From: Podarcis liolepis
Lineage: Eukaryota
Direction: 5' to 3' (one strand)
DNA: 64,000 bases
Assembly (NCBI GenBank): GCA_965112155.1
Contig: OZ218100.1
The translations under genes were made by a program, and so were the position numbers. Position 1 is the first letter of the stretch. Every line of letters starts with the position of its first letter. The notes under the pieces were generated by a model, which worked only from the letters and a program-made list of their open reading frames with translations, was not told the origin of the DNA and did not search any database. Shown here piece after piece: positions 24,865 to 38,850 of this stretch.

Positions 24865-27616
24865 CTTTGCAAACGTGTAATGATGGGATATACATGTTTG
24901 CGCAGTGGAGATGAACCACAACAATGCACGTATTGAGTACTCTAGTGTTTTGGGAGTCTGGATCTGGCAATCCCTTTGCCTCGCTGCAATTCAGGTTGTG
25001 GGTATGGTCTGGTATGCCTCCCAAATTCATGTGCAGGCATAATTTTAAGGACATAAATAAAAACAGTCTCTCTAAGATATTTCTGTCTTTCTAAAGAAAG
25101 CTTTGAATTCATTCGTAATTGCTCCTCTTGTTTCTGGAACAGGAAGTAGTTTAAGAAACCATCTATCATGACACTTAGTGGAAAAAAATGGTTTCAGGGC
25201 ATTTCAAAACAACATAGCCGTAGTATATTTCAAAATTACTGCATTTTCAAGTATAGGGCCCAAAGATTGAATTTTTTGGGGGAGAGAGGGTTGTCTTATG
25301 CTGTCTAGTGTAGAGGAACTTTTGTAGTGATGAACTCAGCAACTGCAGAAGACAGCCACTGCTTTTACACTTCTGGTGCTCAGAAATAGTAGAGCTACAG
25401 GATGGAGAAAAGACTTATTATTAATGGGAGACAAGGGATCCCAGTGGGGTGATTGGAGTGGGGAGAGGTGAGGATGGGTGAGCAGCAGCCCTTCTGGATG
25501 TCAAATTGAGGGCAGAGTGTAACTTAAAATATTGAAGAGGCTGAGACTGGGACTTGAGCATCCTAATTCTTTCTGGGACTGAGAGTTCTGGTGAAGAGTT
25601 CTGAATAAAGGAAAGCACTTGGAACTTGGCTAGCTATTGTATCCCAGAAGCAGAGGTCCATGATCCCATGGTGGCAGGACCACCATGAGAAAGGAACAAA
25701 ATTTCTGCTGCTGGGATCCTCCTTAAGCGTACAGGAAAATGGTTTGAGGCACTTACCTCTCTCCACGATTTACAGGCTTGTTTTTAGTTCCATTCCAGAG
25801 AGGTTACTTTGCTCCAGAGGAAAGGACCACACCTTATTGTCAAAACAGCACACAATACAAATAGAAAGTAGCCAGGTGAAAATTCAGATAATAATCACCA
25901 CCAGCCTCCAGACTTTTAACAAGCCGCAGTGAATAAAGCTGCTTTTCCAAGGCTCTGAAGCGTTGGCCATGATAGTTACTTCCACAAGCTCAGGACCTTA
26001 CATACCCAGTAGCTCACTGTGTTGTGTGCCAGAGTTTTTCTTTGAAGTTAGCTAAAACAATCAGAAGCACACTCCACGCCAACGCAGAGCAGGGCTTTCA
26101 GTGTGACTGCCCCTGTTCTGTGGCACAGCATCCCTGCTGTGGACAGGCACCTAATATTTGTACTTTGCAGAAACAATTGAAGACATTTTCAGTCCGGTGA
26201 GCTTTTTCAGCGGGATGAAAAGGTCTCTCTGTAGGAGATGTTTATTTTGCACCGTTAAAAAACCTACCTTTAGTTGTTTTGCTGTTTTGTACAGGTGCTG
26301 CTATTGTATGTTCGTAAATTGCCTGGAGACTCGTATGAAAGGTGATTCGTAAATGAATAAAATAAATAAGAAGGGTGCTAAGAGAAGAAAGGGGCAGGGA
26401 AGAATCTGCTTTTGGGGGCTGCACAACACAGCTCAAAAGACAAGAGGCTCCTAGCAGGGCTTCCTCTGTTAATAACTGTGGAGGTTATAGAGGACAAGGC
26501 ATTCCTTACGAAAAAAACTGCAGCCCTCTCTTGCAGCCCTGTCAGTTCCTCGGGTATGCTTTCCTCCAATTTTGAGAACTGGGATGCTATGGAATAGAGT
26601 CACAAAGTTCCCTTGTGGATCAAGAGTCTTATTGAGTTCAGAAAGTTTATTTGCAGGAGGGGAGTCTGAAAGGTGTACTTTGCAGTCCCTCCGAACAAGT
26701 ATAGGATGGCTTGATGTGAGTATAGCTGGCCTGATATGACTTGACCATTTCCGTGTCTCTGCCAAATACAGTCTGGTCTGAACAGAAGCAGCCCGCCGTG
26801 CTTGTGCTTCAATTGAGCAACGGCATTTTTCTTACAATCAATTCTTTTTCCTGCTTAGTCATTTGTCCTTACAAGCTCCCTTGCTGCGTTGCAATGTGAG
26901 AAAGCATCACACCCAGTCCCGTGCTTCAACTGGGATGTCTCTGTCTACATTTATAATGGTTTAAAACCAGGATTGTGTACTGAAGTCTTGTGTGACAAAA
27001 CCCTCAGCTTTTGTTTTTGTTTTTTAAAGCTACCTTAAGGAATGAGTGGTATTGTGAAATGAAGGAGTGCCAACACATTATTGGTGTTTGATCGAAGAGG
27101 GATTTCTGGCATTTTCTGATTCCGCATTAGCACTTCTTGTGGTTGGGAATAGTCTAAAAGAACACCATGTTAGCAAACTACCAGCCTTAAAATGGGGCGG
27201 GGGGGGGGGGGAGAGAGGAAGATTGAGCGTGTGGCATGTGGGTAGGTGCACAAAATTATAGCTGGAGGAAGGGAAGTGTGTGGGTGCGTTTGGTTTGGAG
27301 CAAGTGTGCATGCTTGGTTGGCCCCTTTGAATGTGTGGGTGTACATTTAAGTCAGTGTGCTAGTAAAAGCTTTGGATAGCAAAGAATGAGAAGAAAAAAG
27401 AGAGGGAGGTGAAGACTGTCCAGGAATTTAGCATTTATTACAATGGTTTGTATTGTGTTCATCTGCAAAGTCACTTTAATTAGAAAGTCAAAAGTTTAGA
27501 ACTTCTGATTAAACCTCTTTGGCAAATGAACAGCTGCTGTAAACAAAAGCAGTTCTTGCACTGGTGGGGTAGTGCGGGTGGATTATGGTTGAAGGAAAAG
27601 TGAGATTGTGATTGCG

Positions 27617-27618
<2 letters not shown>

Positions 27619-27652
<34 letters not shown>
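27619..27652. repeat. (AG)n microsatellite
   Basis: Direct reading. Confidence 0.95.
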
Positions 27653-27656
<4 letters not shown>

Positions 27657-27709
27657 CTCACTGAAAAGACAAAGGAAGAAAGTAAGACAAATTCAAGGAA
27701 TGACAAGTA

Positions 27710-27935
27710 CAGTGGTACCTCGGGTTACATACGCTTCAGGTTACAGACTCCGCTAACCCAGAAATAGTGCTTCAGGTTAAGAACCTTCCTTCAGGATGAG
27801 AACAGAAATTGTGCTCCGGCGGCGCGGCAGCAGCAGGAGGCCCCATTAGCTAAAGTGGTGCTTCAGGTTAAGAACAGTTTCAGGTTAAGTACGGACCTCC
27901 GGAACGAATTAAGTACTTAACCCGAGGTACCACTG
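27710..27935. mobile_element. MITE family A copy 2
   Basis: Perfect TIR cagtggtacctcgggtta / taacccgaggtaccactg; TA TSD. Confidence 0.93.
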
Positions 27936-29577
27936 TACAAATAAGGGGTAGGAAAGATAGAATATAGGATGAAAAACTGAAATACGGTGCTCCATGGAAT
28001 GAGGATAGAAGAAACATCAATAGACAAAAGGTGAAGCAAGAAACTTTTAAAAAGCTTCGTAAAACTAGTGTTCTAGTACATCTCTTTGCTGGGCATCATC
28101 TACTATGCATTCATTGGCTCTTATTTTTAGAAAGTTGACATCCACAAATATTTTCATAATATTTCCCTGATTTCCATATGAAAATATCTGAGAAGGGAAG
28201 ACCAATCTGGTGGGTGTTTGCATATGGCACCTGCCTTGACCCACCTTGACCTCATTGTGTGATTTGGATTTATAAGAGGTTAAGTCACTTGCAATTTTGT
28301 AAAGTTATCCCTTAGGTCCAGTGGTATTTATTGCATGGCAGCTTGGGCATCCAGAGAGTACCAAGGTTCTTTTCTGGACAGTTGCACAGGGTCTGCAGAA
28401 GAAGTGTTTTCAAGTGGCTGAAAAAGCTGTTGAGGAAGCTCTTGAGCTGGGATAGCATGTGTGCATTGAGCCACCCTCCCAGGTGAGGGTCGCCACATCA
28501 GTTTATATCTCAGGATTTGCCTGCACACCCTCACAGCTTTTCAAAATATATGTTAAGAGTGTTCAGGGCATAACATTATCAGTTGCCTTCTGTTAATGAA
28601 AACACCCCAGAAAGAGAAGTTGCAGCTCCTCGTTGAGATCTCTTATTGGCCATGGACCTTTCCTTAAGCATTTGCAATGGAACCTAAGCATGCTTGGAAC
28701 TGTGGGAAATGTAGTTCTCGTGGTTCCCAACATTCCTGAATGATGATATGTGCACATTTGGGGACACTGAGAATCATGGGAGCTATGATTCTGATTCTAC
28801 ATGGATCTGAGAACCCCATGTTTGAACCCCGCATTGTCAGACTGCACCGGTCATTAATGACCATCAAGCTGTACCAAGTAATTTCCCCCAGTCTGCTTTC
28901 CCTGGCCTCACTGCTAGCACTGACCCCTTCTGTTCCATTCATCTTGCATTTACAGTCCAGCTTCAGTAAATGCAACACTACTAATATATACACTATTAAA
29001 ATCTCTGTTGATTTTCTCTGGCAACAGCCTGCTTTTCATTTAAAGTTCATGGTACGGTAAAGCGGTACCATGGTTCTTTTATAAGGAATTTTAATTAAAT
29101 GCCAACCATTAAATGGAGAAAATGCATTTGCAAACACTTTCAGTCTAGCATTACTGTGGGCATAGATCATGAAGCTTTTCACTCTTCAGTGCCTCACTTA
29201 TTATATAAGTGGAAAATGATTCGTTTCAGATGTAGGAGCTATGATCTTGCCAATTCCATATAATGTGCTGGTTCAGCTATGTGCAATATATTATTCTCAA
29301 GTTAATTCTTTTTCCCCCAACTTACCTCATTCTCTCACTCTTCATTTCCTCTACTTTTAAGAGCTTTCACACTGGGAAGTCAATAGCATTAAATAATTTC
29401 TTCTGTGCATTGACTACATTTAGTGACTCCATTTGAGGGAGGATCAAGGATAGAGTTCTTCTGTCTTACAGTGTTTGCAAATTCCTCCTCACTAATAAAG
29501 ATGTTCCAAGCAAATTTTACTGTAATGCATTGGCTTACTTACTGTGTGCATCTGGCTGAGGCACCGATCACACTATC

Positions 29578-29645
29578 GTATGCATATTTACTTGGGAGTA
29601 ATCCGCTGTGTACAATGGGGCTAACTTCCAAGTAAGTGTGCATTG
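29578..29645. mobile_element. Short (~80 bp) palindromic repeat family (related at about 2500-2580, 19520-19610, 23965-24050)
   Basis: atgcatatttacttggga ... ttccaagtaagtgtgcat imperfect arms; similar degenerate palindromes recur. Confidence 0.55.
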
Positions 29646-30261
29646 ACTTTATCTGGTTATTATTGTGCCCTGCCCAAAACCTCTGCCAAACGGGGAGGGT
29701 CCGCCATGAATACTTGTGCAGGAGGAATGAAGAGATGATACAGAGGTCTGTCCAGATTGCTGGATGGGAACAATGCATTGAGGGCAGGATGGTGGTGTGT
29801 ACACCAGGATCTTTTCCCCTAGGCTGACACCACATTAGATATATAGTGTGAAACTGCCCCACCTTAGTTAAACCACAGAAAACCTGCCTTGTTTGAAGAG
29901 GGGAAATGGAACGCCAGTGCACTCTCAACTAATACGCATGATCCTTAGTGCTATTTTTGTGTCTTTTCAGGAGCTGTGGTTTTCATGTGTGAAACTGGCC
30001 ACTTTTTTGGTGGACACCATTCTATCAGCCTCTTTAATTTTAAAAAATTAGAACTAAATATTAGCACTCTGGCAATGTCTTCTTTAAAAATATTAAAATA
30101 ATAGGGCTTAAACTGAAGAGTATTGTCCTGCTAATTAAATAAATGATTAGAAAATGCCCCCCCATTTAAAAAATAGCTATCTTTTTCCCAATCTAAAAAC
30201 TTGTTGATTGATTTCAGTGAGTCTACCCTCAGTATGATTTATTTGGGTCCAAACCAACACT

Positions 30262-30262
<1 letters not shown>

Positions 30263-30313
<51 letters not shown>
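30263..30313. repeat. (AAT)n microsatellite
   Basis: Direct reading. Confidence 0.95.
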
Positions 30314-30314
<1 letters not shown>

Positions 30315-31934
30315 CTCATCATGTCAGTTATTAGACAACTGTGGCTGCAACAAGTAAGCACTATACCAAAAATGAAAAGGAAAAAAAAAACCAATAGGAA
30401 CATGGGAAGCTGTCTTATACCAAGTCAAACCATTGGTCCATCTACCTCAGTATTGTCTACACGGACTGGCAGCATTTTTCCAGGATTTCACGTAGGAGCC
30501 TCTCCCAACCTGACCTAGATATGCCTTAGGATTGAACTTGCAACCTTCTGCTTACAAGGCACACACTCTGCCACTGAGGTGGCGCCCCCCCCCAAAAAAA
30601 AATGATTCCCTGACTGGGCAGTGAGCACAACAAATCCTAACCATTATAGCACCAAAGAGAAGAATTAAAATAGATTGTTTAAAGAATGGCTGCTCAGGTT
30701 ACTTATACCTTCTCTGTTTATACAGCTATGCCAACCTCACTAGAGTAGACAGAACGCTGAAAATATAATGCCCTCAATAGTGCAAGAAGTTAATTTCATT
30801 TCTTCTTGCAGTTTACAGGCAGAAGAGAGTAGCTATGGTCTGGAAGCACCTCTAGTGAGTTTGTGCTGAGGTGACATTTGAACTTTCCTTGGGACTTTCC
30901 TTCCTTTACACCTCACATTCTTGGCTGCTTCACACTTGACTCATTAGCATGGAAGGAATTGAGGTTGTGATTACTTTTCTTCCTTTTTTAAAAATTAAAA
31001 ATAATAAATAATCCCAAACTGTCAGAATGACTCAAACTTGAAATCTCTAGTCAACTGTTTTAATTGCAGTTTCTATCTCAGGAGCAGCTCAACAGGAAAT
31101 GTTGACCAGGGACTGGTCACACTCACATGGGCCATTGCTACTACTGAGTGTTAGTTGTTTTTGCCTGCTGATTTTGACTAATCATCAGCCTGACATTCTA
31201 ACAAAGCTGAACTGAGTGGCAGCAGTAAGAAACGATGGGGCTTTTAAAAAACAGTAGATTGGTTTCATGTATATGACTAACTTGATGCTAAAAACAAAGA
31301 AAGAAAGAGCTTGGCTTCTGGGAATGGCTGCATAGGATTACTTTTAAAGATCAGAGAGAAGGAAAGTTGTAGTCAAAGGTCATGTGAGTAAAAGCACGGG
31401 TCAATGGCAACAATTTGTAATTTCAATTCTGTATATAGCTTTTTCATGCCAAGATAACCCGTTTCAAAAGCTTTGCTGCATTATTCCTCCTGAACAGCTT
31501 GTTCCTATTGAAGGTCAAATGTTGTTATCTCTTAAATGCAAAGGAACGTTGAGAGCTGCCTTAGACCATGCCCAAGTAACTGTCCACCTAGCCTAGCATT
31601 GTCTACTCTGACTCGCAGCAGCTCCCTAGGGTGGGAACTGGGAGCCTTTGGCCCTCCAAATGTTGCTGGACTCCAGCTCCAGCCAGCAGGGCCAGTGGTC
31701 AGGGATGATGAGAGTTGTAGCTCCAACATCTGGAGAACCACTGGTTCTTGAAAAATGCTGCAGGGTCTCAGGTAGAGATGTTTCCCATTATCTGCTACCC
31801 TGTTTTAAAACAAACAGACAAACACCTGGAGAAGTCGGGGATTGAACCTCAGAGTTCCTGCATGCAAAGCACTGCACTAAGCTGTGGATCCTGTAATCAA
31901 ATGTGAACTTTCCATCCTTTTTTTTTTTTTTTGC

Positions 31935-32120
31935 ATTTGTCCTGCCACTTCCTCGAGTGTCATACATGAATCTCCTACTCTCTCCTCACAGTAACTCCAT
32001 GAAATAGGTTAGGTTGAGAGATAGTGAGCGGCCTACGATCACCCAGAAGCCCTGTGGCTGAGCAAGGATTTGAAGTGGGGTCTCCCCAGTCTGTGACCCA
32101 TGCAATAGCTAGCGCATCAC
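31935..32120 (-). mobile_element. Old CORE/MIR-like SINE
   Basis: cctcacagtaac..taggttaggttgagagatagtga..tcacccag..ggctgagcaaggatttgaa (reverse CORE plus B box). Confidence 0.65.
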
Positions 32121-34437
32121 AGGAGCTCTGATAGAAGCCAAGCTCCTTAATTGTTGTTATAATTCACAGTAGAATGTGGATTCTTATCCTGCGTAACAAA
32201 AGCAAATGTGTGAGGGGGGATAGTAAACCAAGTGTTCATGAGGCCTTAATTTTATATCAGAACCATCCGGCATCACAGCTGGCAGATAGGAGAGCGTCAG
32301 GACAGAAGCAATAGATGGGTTAGACTTGACTTAGAGACTTTAGAAGGCATGATAAGAAGTGTGTTTATCTGAAGGAAGATAGTTTGCTTTTCTGTAATAA
32401 ATTTTCCATTGGAGCAAGCCCAGGATTTCCATTTCTCAATTAGGGGCTGTTCAGCTGCCATTGTGCTGTTCCTTCTTGGCACCCACATTTCTGGTTTCCC
32501 TTTTCATGGAATGTACCACTGCCATTCATCACTGTGGAGTTTGGGGGCCGTCTTCCATCCTAATATCCTTAATACGTAGCCCAGACTTGTCAGGTTTTGT
32601 AAAATGTGTCCTGATAGCTGTAGAAATGAAACCGAGTCGGATGTTTACTACGGAAGGTGCAGGATCTCCATCCTGTTTAATATGGAAGAAAACTGTTCAT
32701 CCCAGCCAGAAATCTGAAGGCATGAAAGCAGTGCTGAACTGGCTTATCCTCTGCATATGAACATGGTCTCTGTATTCCAGCAGGTGTAATTAAAGCCATT
32801 TCTCAAAATCCAGAGGTAGAAAGGAAAAGGAGAGTGAGAAAAGGTTAATTTGCCATATCTATGATCATCAAAACAGCTGTGTGGTGCCACGAATTACTTG
32901 AAATTACAGATCCTGGCCTTACATCACCCATGTGGTGTCTAGTTTGGCCCCTAAGGGAAGCAAGTGTTGTGCTACCATATAATGCCTGCGAGGGAGCATT
33001 TCCACCGCTTTGCATACATGGGAGGTGATTTCCTCTTACGAAAGAAAAGCCAGGGATGCACCGTGTGTTTCCTTTTTCTGGTGGCAGCAAGCCAAGCCAA
33101 ACACGTCAACACAGATAAAGCCATTTTTATGCAATCCCCCTAGCAATGGCATACGTTACGGGTTTCCTTTTCAGATTTGCATTAGTCTCGAAGCCCTTTG
33201 AACTGACCCAAATTGCAGGCAAGGAAGCCTCCTACCCGCACGGTTAACTGTAAGCGTCATGAAGAGGAGGGGAAGGGCATTAGAAAACCAAAAGTGGATG
33301 TTGTTTTTCTGTGGCTGCACATGCTTTTGCAGAGTAGTTTCTCTTTGAATAGAGAACAACATAAGGATCTGTACAAATAGTAGCAGGAGAATTAGAAATC
33401 TGTGTGTGTACAAATGACACACAGTCTTGCATGCATTGAATGCCTATGGACAGTATATTAAGATGCAACCTCTGTTTTTGTCAGGGAGCATATGTGCATT
33501 ATCCATTATGTGAAAATGGCATTTATGTGGCCAGTTTTCATTTGACCTTTGCGGAAATGCGTCAGGTCAGGCTTTGTTGGATTGAAAAAATTATGCTCCC
33601 ATTCACTCGTATATAAGTGTAGCAATTGAATGGTGGGATATTCAGGACAGACAGAGGGAAGCGCTTCTTTAAAAAGCACATAATTGAACTATGACACTAC
33701 GACAAGATGTGGTGATGTCCTTCCTCTTAGATGGCTTTAAAAGGTAGTTAACAGAGTAATTGAGGATAAAATGATAATTGGTCAAGTCATGATTGTTATA
33801 TGTTCCTGCCATGATCAGAAGCAGAGGGAATGCAACAGGGAGAGGGGGCTGTTGTCCCCCACCTCACCCTGGGCCTGCTTCTGGGCTTCCCATAAGCATA
33901 TGGTTGGTTACAGTGGGAAATAGGAGTCTGGACCTGATAAGGCTAATTCAGCAGGGCTCTTCTTATCTACTTAACTGAATGCATGGAGTGTGGACCTGGG
34001 CCACACCTGCTAGCCTTTACTTTGACTTGCCTGTGTTCAAGATTCCTGCTTGCACAGAGTCTCTGTGTGTTCATGGTGGTATAGGCACATAGTTTCTGTT
34101 CACACAGATTCCTTGTATTTGTAGGAGCATGACCCCAATTGCCTTTCCATGTGCTCATTTAGACAGTCATTTTGTTCCATAGAACAATGCAAACCCAGGA
34201 TTCATATCACTCTGCTGGGGGGGGGGGGACTGATTTCATAATCACTCACAACATCTGACTCATGGATGCCCTGTGGAATGTACCAAAGTCTTGAATGTAA
34301 ATTTTGCAACTGGGTTACTGTATTTATTCTAAGAATGCACCCCCAGGTGAACCAACATGGAAGTAAGTTGCAAAATCAAGGGGTGCACATATTTATTTAG
34401 GATTGTTGAGCTACTGTGGATCCAAGCTTATAAATTA

Positions 34438-34608
34438 CCGTATTTTTCCGTCTATAAGACGCCCCCATGTATAAGACGCCCCCTGTTTTTGGGGGCTCAG
34501 ATTTAAGAAAATGGGGGGAGATGTATCCGTGTATAAGGCACCCCCTAATTTTTTACATTATTTTTAAGGAAAAAAACCTAGTCTTATACAGTACACGGAA
34601 AAGTATGG
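34438..34608. mobile_element. Tc1/mariner-superfamily (pogo/Tc2-like) MITE
   Basis: TA|ccgtatttttccgt ... acggaaaagtatgg|TA; internal tataagacgccccc repeats. Confidence 0.8.
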
Positions 34609-37580
34609 TATTTTATTTTCTGCAACTGCATAATGGATGGAAACATGAAGGAAATGGTTTGTGCTTTACTGAAAAACACTGTTTCATTGTGTTCTTCTCA
34701 CAATGGCGAAATTCAAAGAAGACAATACTGAAAAAACATGGAATTGTGCTGTGATAGTTTATCTGTACCAAGGTAGACCAATGCCAAACATCTGTTAGCT
34801 ATTTTTAGTCTTTAAAATTTTTTCTTACCATTAAAAGCCTATTGTAGTTTTCACAGATTTAAATTGTTTTCCTTTGTTCTTTGAAGTTCCATTATAAGAA
34901 GACAAAGCATTAACCATCAGAGATGTGCGCCTCCGTGCCTTTTATCTTTTTCATGTGTGGTAGCCCATATATTTATAATGGGCAACCCACATCCCTTCGT
35001 GCAACTCCACCAATTTGCTGCTGCCTTATTAGGAACGTATGAAGGTGCCTTACACTAAACTGCTGATGACTGAAGATGAACCCATTGCTCCTTTTTCATG
35101 GTTTTATGTTGAACAACTCAGTTGTAATCACTCGTGCCAGTGTGCCTCTGACTGGTATGTAGTTGCTAAAGTTCCAGTATAATGTCATGCTTTGTGAGGT
35201 GGCGGTGGCACAGCTACTGATACACCCTCCAAAGCTGGTTGTAAGGTCAGGCTAAAAGGAGGAAGAGTGGGCGTGTTCTTCTTGAACCAGCCACTGCTTT
35301 TGGCTTCTCGGGAAAATTTCTCTTGTATAAAAAGGCATCCAGTAATCTGAAGATGTCACATAATCAAAACAAAAGCAGTTTTCTAACAAAATGTCACTTT
35401 GCACTGTGATAACACGCTCTTTTGAGTTCTTTTGCTGTCCAGAGAATGTTCAGAAAGATAATTACACTAGCGCCTGTTGGATAAATGTCTCTATTTAGTT
35501 TGGGACTTTCTCCAGATGTTTGCAAGGTTTCATCATCCCCTTGCTGCTGTCAGCAGTCTCCATATCTTGGGCATTTCACCATATCATTTGTACAACTTTA
35601 AGCTTGTTGCTTTCGTCCAGACAGAGAGGGAAGGATTCGATTTGAAATGGAGCAACTAGTTTACAGGAACCAACTGCTAACTGGTACAGCATGTGCTGTG
35701 AAGTGAAGTAATAGTTCCAACTTGGCACAGGTTGGAGTGACAGAGGTGACTAAGCAGCAGAACTGATGAGTCGCAGTAACCAATCGCCTTCCAGCAGATG
35801 TGGGAAACCTTTATGAAAGCCTGGATAGATTGCTACTCAAGAAGCACAAATCTTGCTTCTTGAAGTGTTAATAGAAGAGAGGGGGCAACGTGGAGCTGGC
35901 AGTGTTTCCCCCACGGTGTGCATTATATTCTGGGCAGAGAAAAAGACTGTCCACGAAGGCTGTATGGCAGTGCCAGAGGCTCCAAGGTGGGACAGCGGCA
36001 ATGGACAGAAGCAATCCCCAAGAGGCATTTTATCCAAGGTAAGGGAGTTATCCTCAGTTACTGGGCATTATAAGTCCTGACCAGCACCTGAGATGGATAT
36101 ATGAATGGGGTACATGGCAACATGTGACAAAAAGGGCTTTGAATAGAAAAGGACAACACTTAAAAAAGAGGATGCTGTCTGGATTTGAAAAGTGTCTGAG
36201 CACCTGACTGCACCTACTTTCATTAAGAAGTTTTTCCACTATGTGGTGTCCATTCCTCACTGCAAGCTTGTTTTCTCAGGTAAACCATGTGTGCGATAAA
36301 ATCTGTAATATGAAAGACTTGCCAACTGGTTATAAGTTTTAGTATAGCGTGCAAAGTTGTTTGTAATAAGGACATACTGCGTTGTGCGAATGAACCATGT
36401 GCTTTCAAGCTGATGGTGAAAGTAAAGTTTTTTCCAGTGGTAAGAGAGGATTCAAGTTCGCTTAGACTCTATTCTGTGCTATAATTAGTGAAGATATTTC
36501 TGAAGCGATGACTCTCACAATCACCTTAAAAATATAATTTAACTGTGAGCCTCTGCGGTACTGTGTGAAGAACAGCCCTGCAGCTACTTTTTCTGTGACT
36601 GCTATTTTTTAGCATTTTCACTATTGTCAGATTTAGGTATTGGGCAGACATCATCGGCTGCTGAAAGGTTTGACTTTAAGCTTCTGGCATCAAAGCATAA
36701 TATATATTTTTGATTTTTTTTATTGATTATGTTTGAGATTAGCAACCCAGGCCTATGAACTGCCTTGTCAGTGAATACATGCTATAAATGGAGCATAAAT
36801 TATTTCATTATTTATTCTTTAAATTTGTGTACCACCCTTCACCCGAAGATCTTGGGGCAGTTCACAGCATCAAAATACAAAATAAAAATGCAAAACACAC
36901 AATAAGGTCACAAACAGCACTGTTGTGCTTGTGTTGCGAACATAACTATTGCAGCAAGGTGGGCTGTAGCTGCTACAGAGCCACACTGCCAGAACTGGGC
37001 AGCTAGGTATGATCACATTGGGCTTGGGTTCTGGAGACATCACACTTAACCCTCTGCTCTTCCATTTGACTTCGGTATAGCAAGCTATATTGGCACAACC
37101 ACATGCATTTGAGGACCTTTCTGCAGATTGGGTCATCCTAAAAATGACAGCCTTGGAGTCACTTGATCAAAAGTTGAAGAGATGTTGATTCTCTGACCTC
37201 TTTAACACCCTCTCTTTCACTCTGGGAGAAATAACCATGTAGACAATTACAGACTGAGGTGAGTTAGGCCAAGAGACTTGGTTGGCCCAGTGACCTGTGG
37301 TGGTGGAGTTCACAGTTCCGTAGAGAAACACATCAGGTGAGAAAAAAATGGGTGCAGGTGTATCTTCTTCTATTCCTCTGTTGGTTTACCTGCTCACCCT
37401 CCTCCTCCAGCATGTGGTGTAAAAAGCAGAACTCCAGTCCTGCCCCACACCAGATAGGGGAAGAAATCAAGAATATAGGAAGCTGGCCCAATTGGCAATC
37501 ATTCTGCAGCCCTAAAGGAGATCAGTTACACCAGGGTAATGGCTAAAAGTTAACTGGCAAAGCTGCAGTTTATGTTATTT

Positions 37581-37916
37581 GTTGTGGTTCTTTAGTTGTT
37601 TAGTCATGTCCAACTCTTCATGACCCCATGGACCAGAGCACGCCAGGCACTCCTGGCTTCCACTGCCTCCCACAGTTTGGTCAAACTCATGCTGGTAGCT
37701 TCAAGAACACTATCCAACCATATTGTACTCTGTCATCCCCTTCTCCTTGTGCCCTCAATCTTTCCCAACATCAGGGTCTTTTCCAGGGAGTCTTCTCTTC
37801 TCATGATGTGGCCAAAGTATTAGAGCCTCAGCTTCAGGATCTGTCCTTCCAATGAGCACTCAGGGCTGGTCTTCTTGCAGATAGGTTTGATCTTCTTGCA
37901 GTACAGGGGACTCTCA
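37581..37916 (-). mobile_element. Bov-B (RTE) LINE 3' fragment
   Basis: Reverse complement of the 52820-53180 copy; - strand encodes SPECSLEGQILKLRL. Confidence 0.92.
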
Positions 37917-37962
37917 CAATACACATACTGGTGGTAAATAATAAATTCTTTTAAAAATCTGT

Positions 37963-37965
<3 letters not shown>

Positions 37966-38018
<53 letters not shown>

Positions 38019-38019
38019 T
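37966..38019. repeat. Compound (TC)n(TG)n microsatellite
   Basis: Direct reading. Confidence 0.95.
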
Positions 38020-38850
38020 AGTATGTTTGATTATTACTTTTTGTATTGGAGAAAGAGAGTCCTAACACTGGCTGGTAGCAATTGTGTGAGAATGATGATA
38101 ACTCTTTTCTTACTTCATTCACAGTAGCATCAATCTGAAACTCACGTTAATGTAAGACAGATTGTAGTGTGATGATTGGGGGGTGGGAGGAATGTATCCA
38201 CATTATGTGTACCTCTAACATACATTGTACTGTTGGCTTGTATGGCTACAATCAGATCTGAATTGTTCTTAATGTGAATACACAGCATTTTTCACAGTCT
38301 TGGTTCCCATTCTTTTCATGCTATCCCAGAACCACATGAGCAAAGAAGGCACAATACATCTCAGTACAGAGCAGAACATGGTGTACAGTTTATTTCCTAT
38401 CCAGTTTTGCCTTTCACTCGTGTGAACTGTTCTACCTCACCTTCTGCAATGGTCCTTTGCTACAGACTGATTTTTGCAGTGCAAGCATTTAGGCTATAAG
38501 TGCTTGCTGAGCACTGGACACTGTGTGTGGTTTGCAGAGACCAAATACTTTAAAAGAACGTAACAAATTATAGAAAAATATTCTGTGCATGCATATTCTA
38601 AAGCAGCTTGAGGGCAGGGGTAAGATTGCAGCTATAGACAATTGCTTTACATGGCACCATGAAACTCATCTTGACATTTTTCTTCAAATGGCGCTCTGTT
38701 AACCACTGTTTATAGATGCGGGAGTTGTTCTGCACACCACAGTCGTGCATCTACTGCTTCACTAGTTGTGCTTCTGGAACTTTTCAGTGCAGAAGGATAG
38801 GTGTAGAGGGTCCCACCCAATACAGCAGCAAAGCGAACAAGAGTTAAGAT

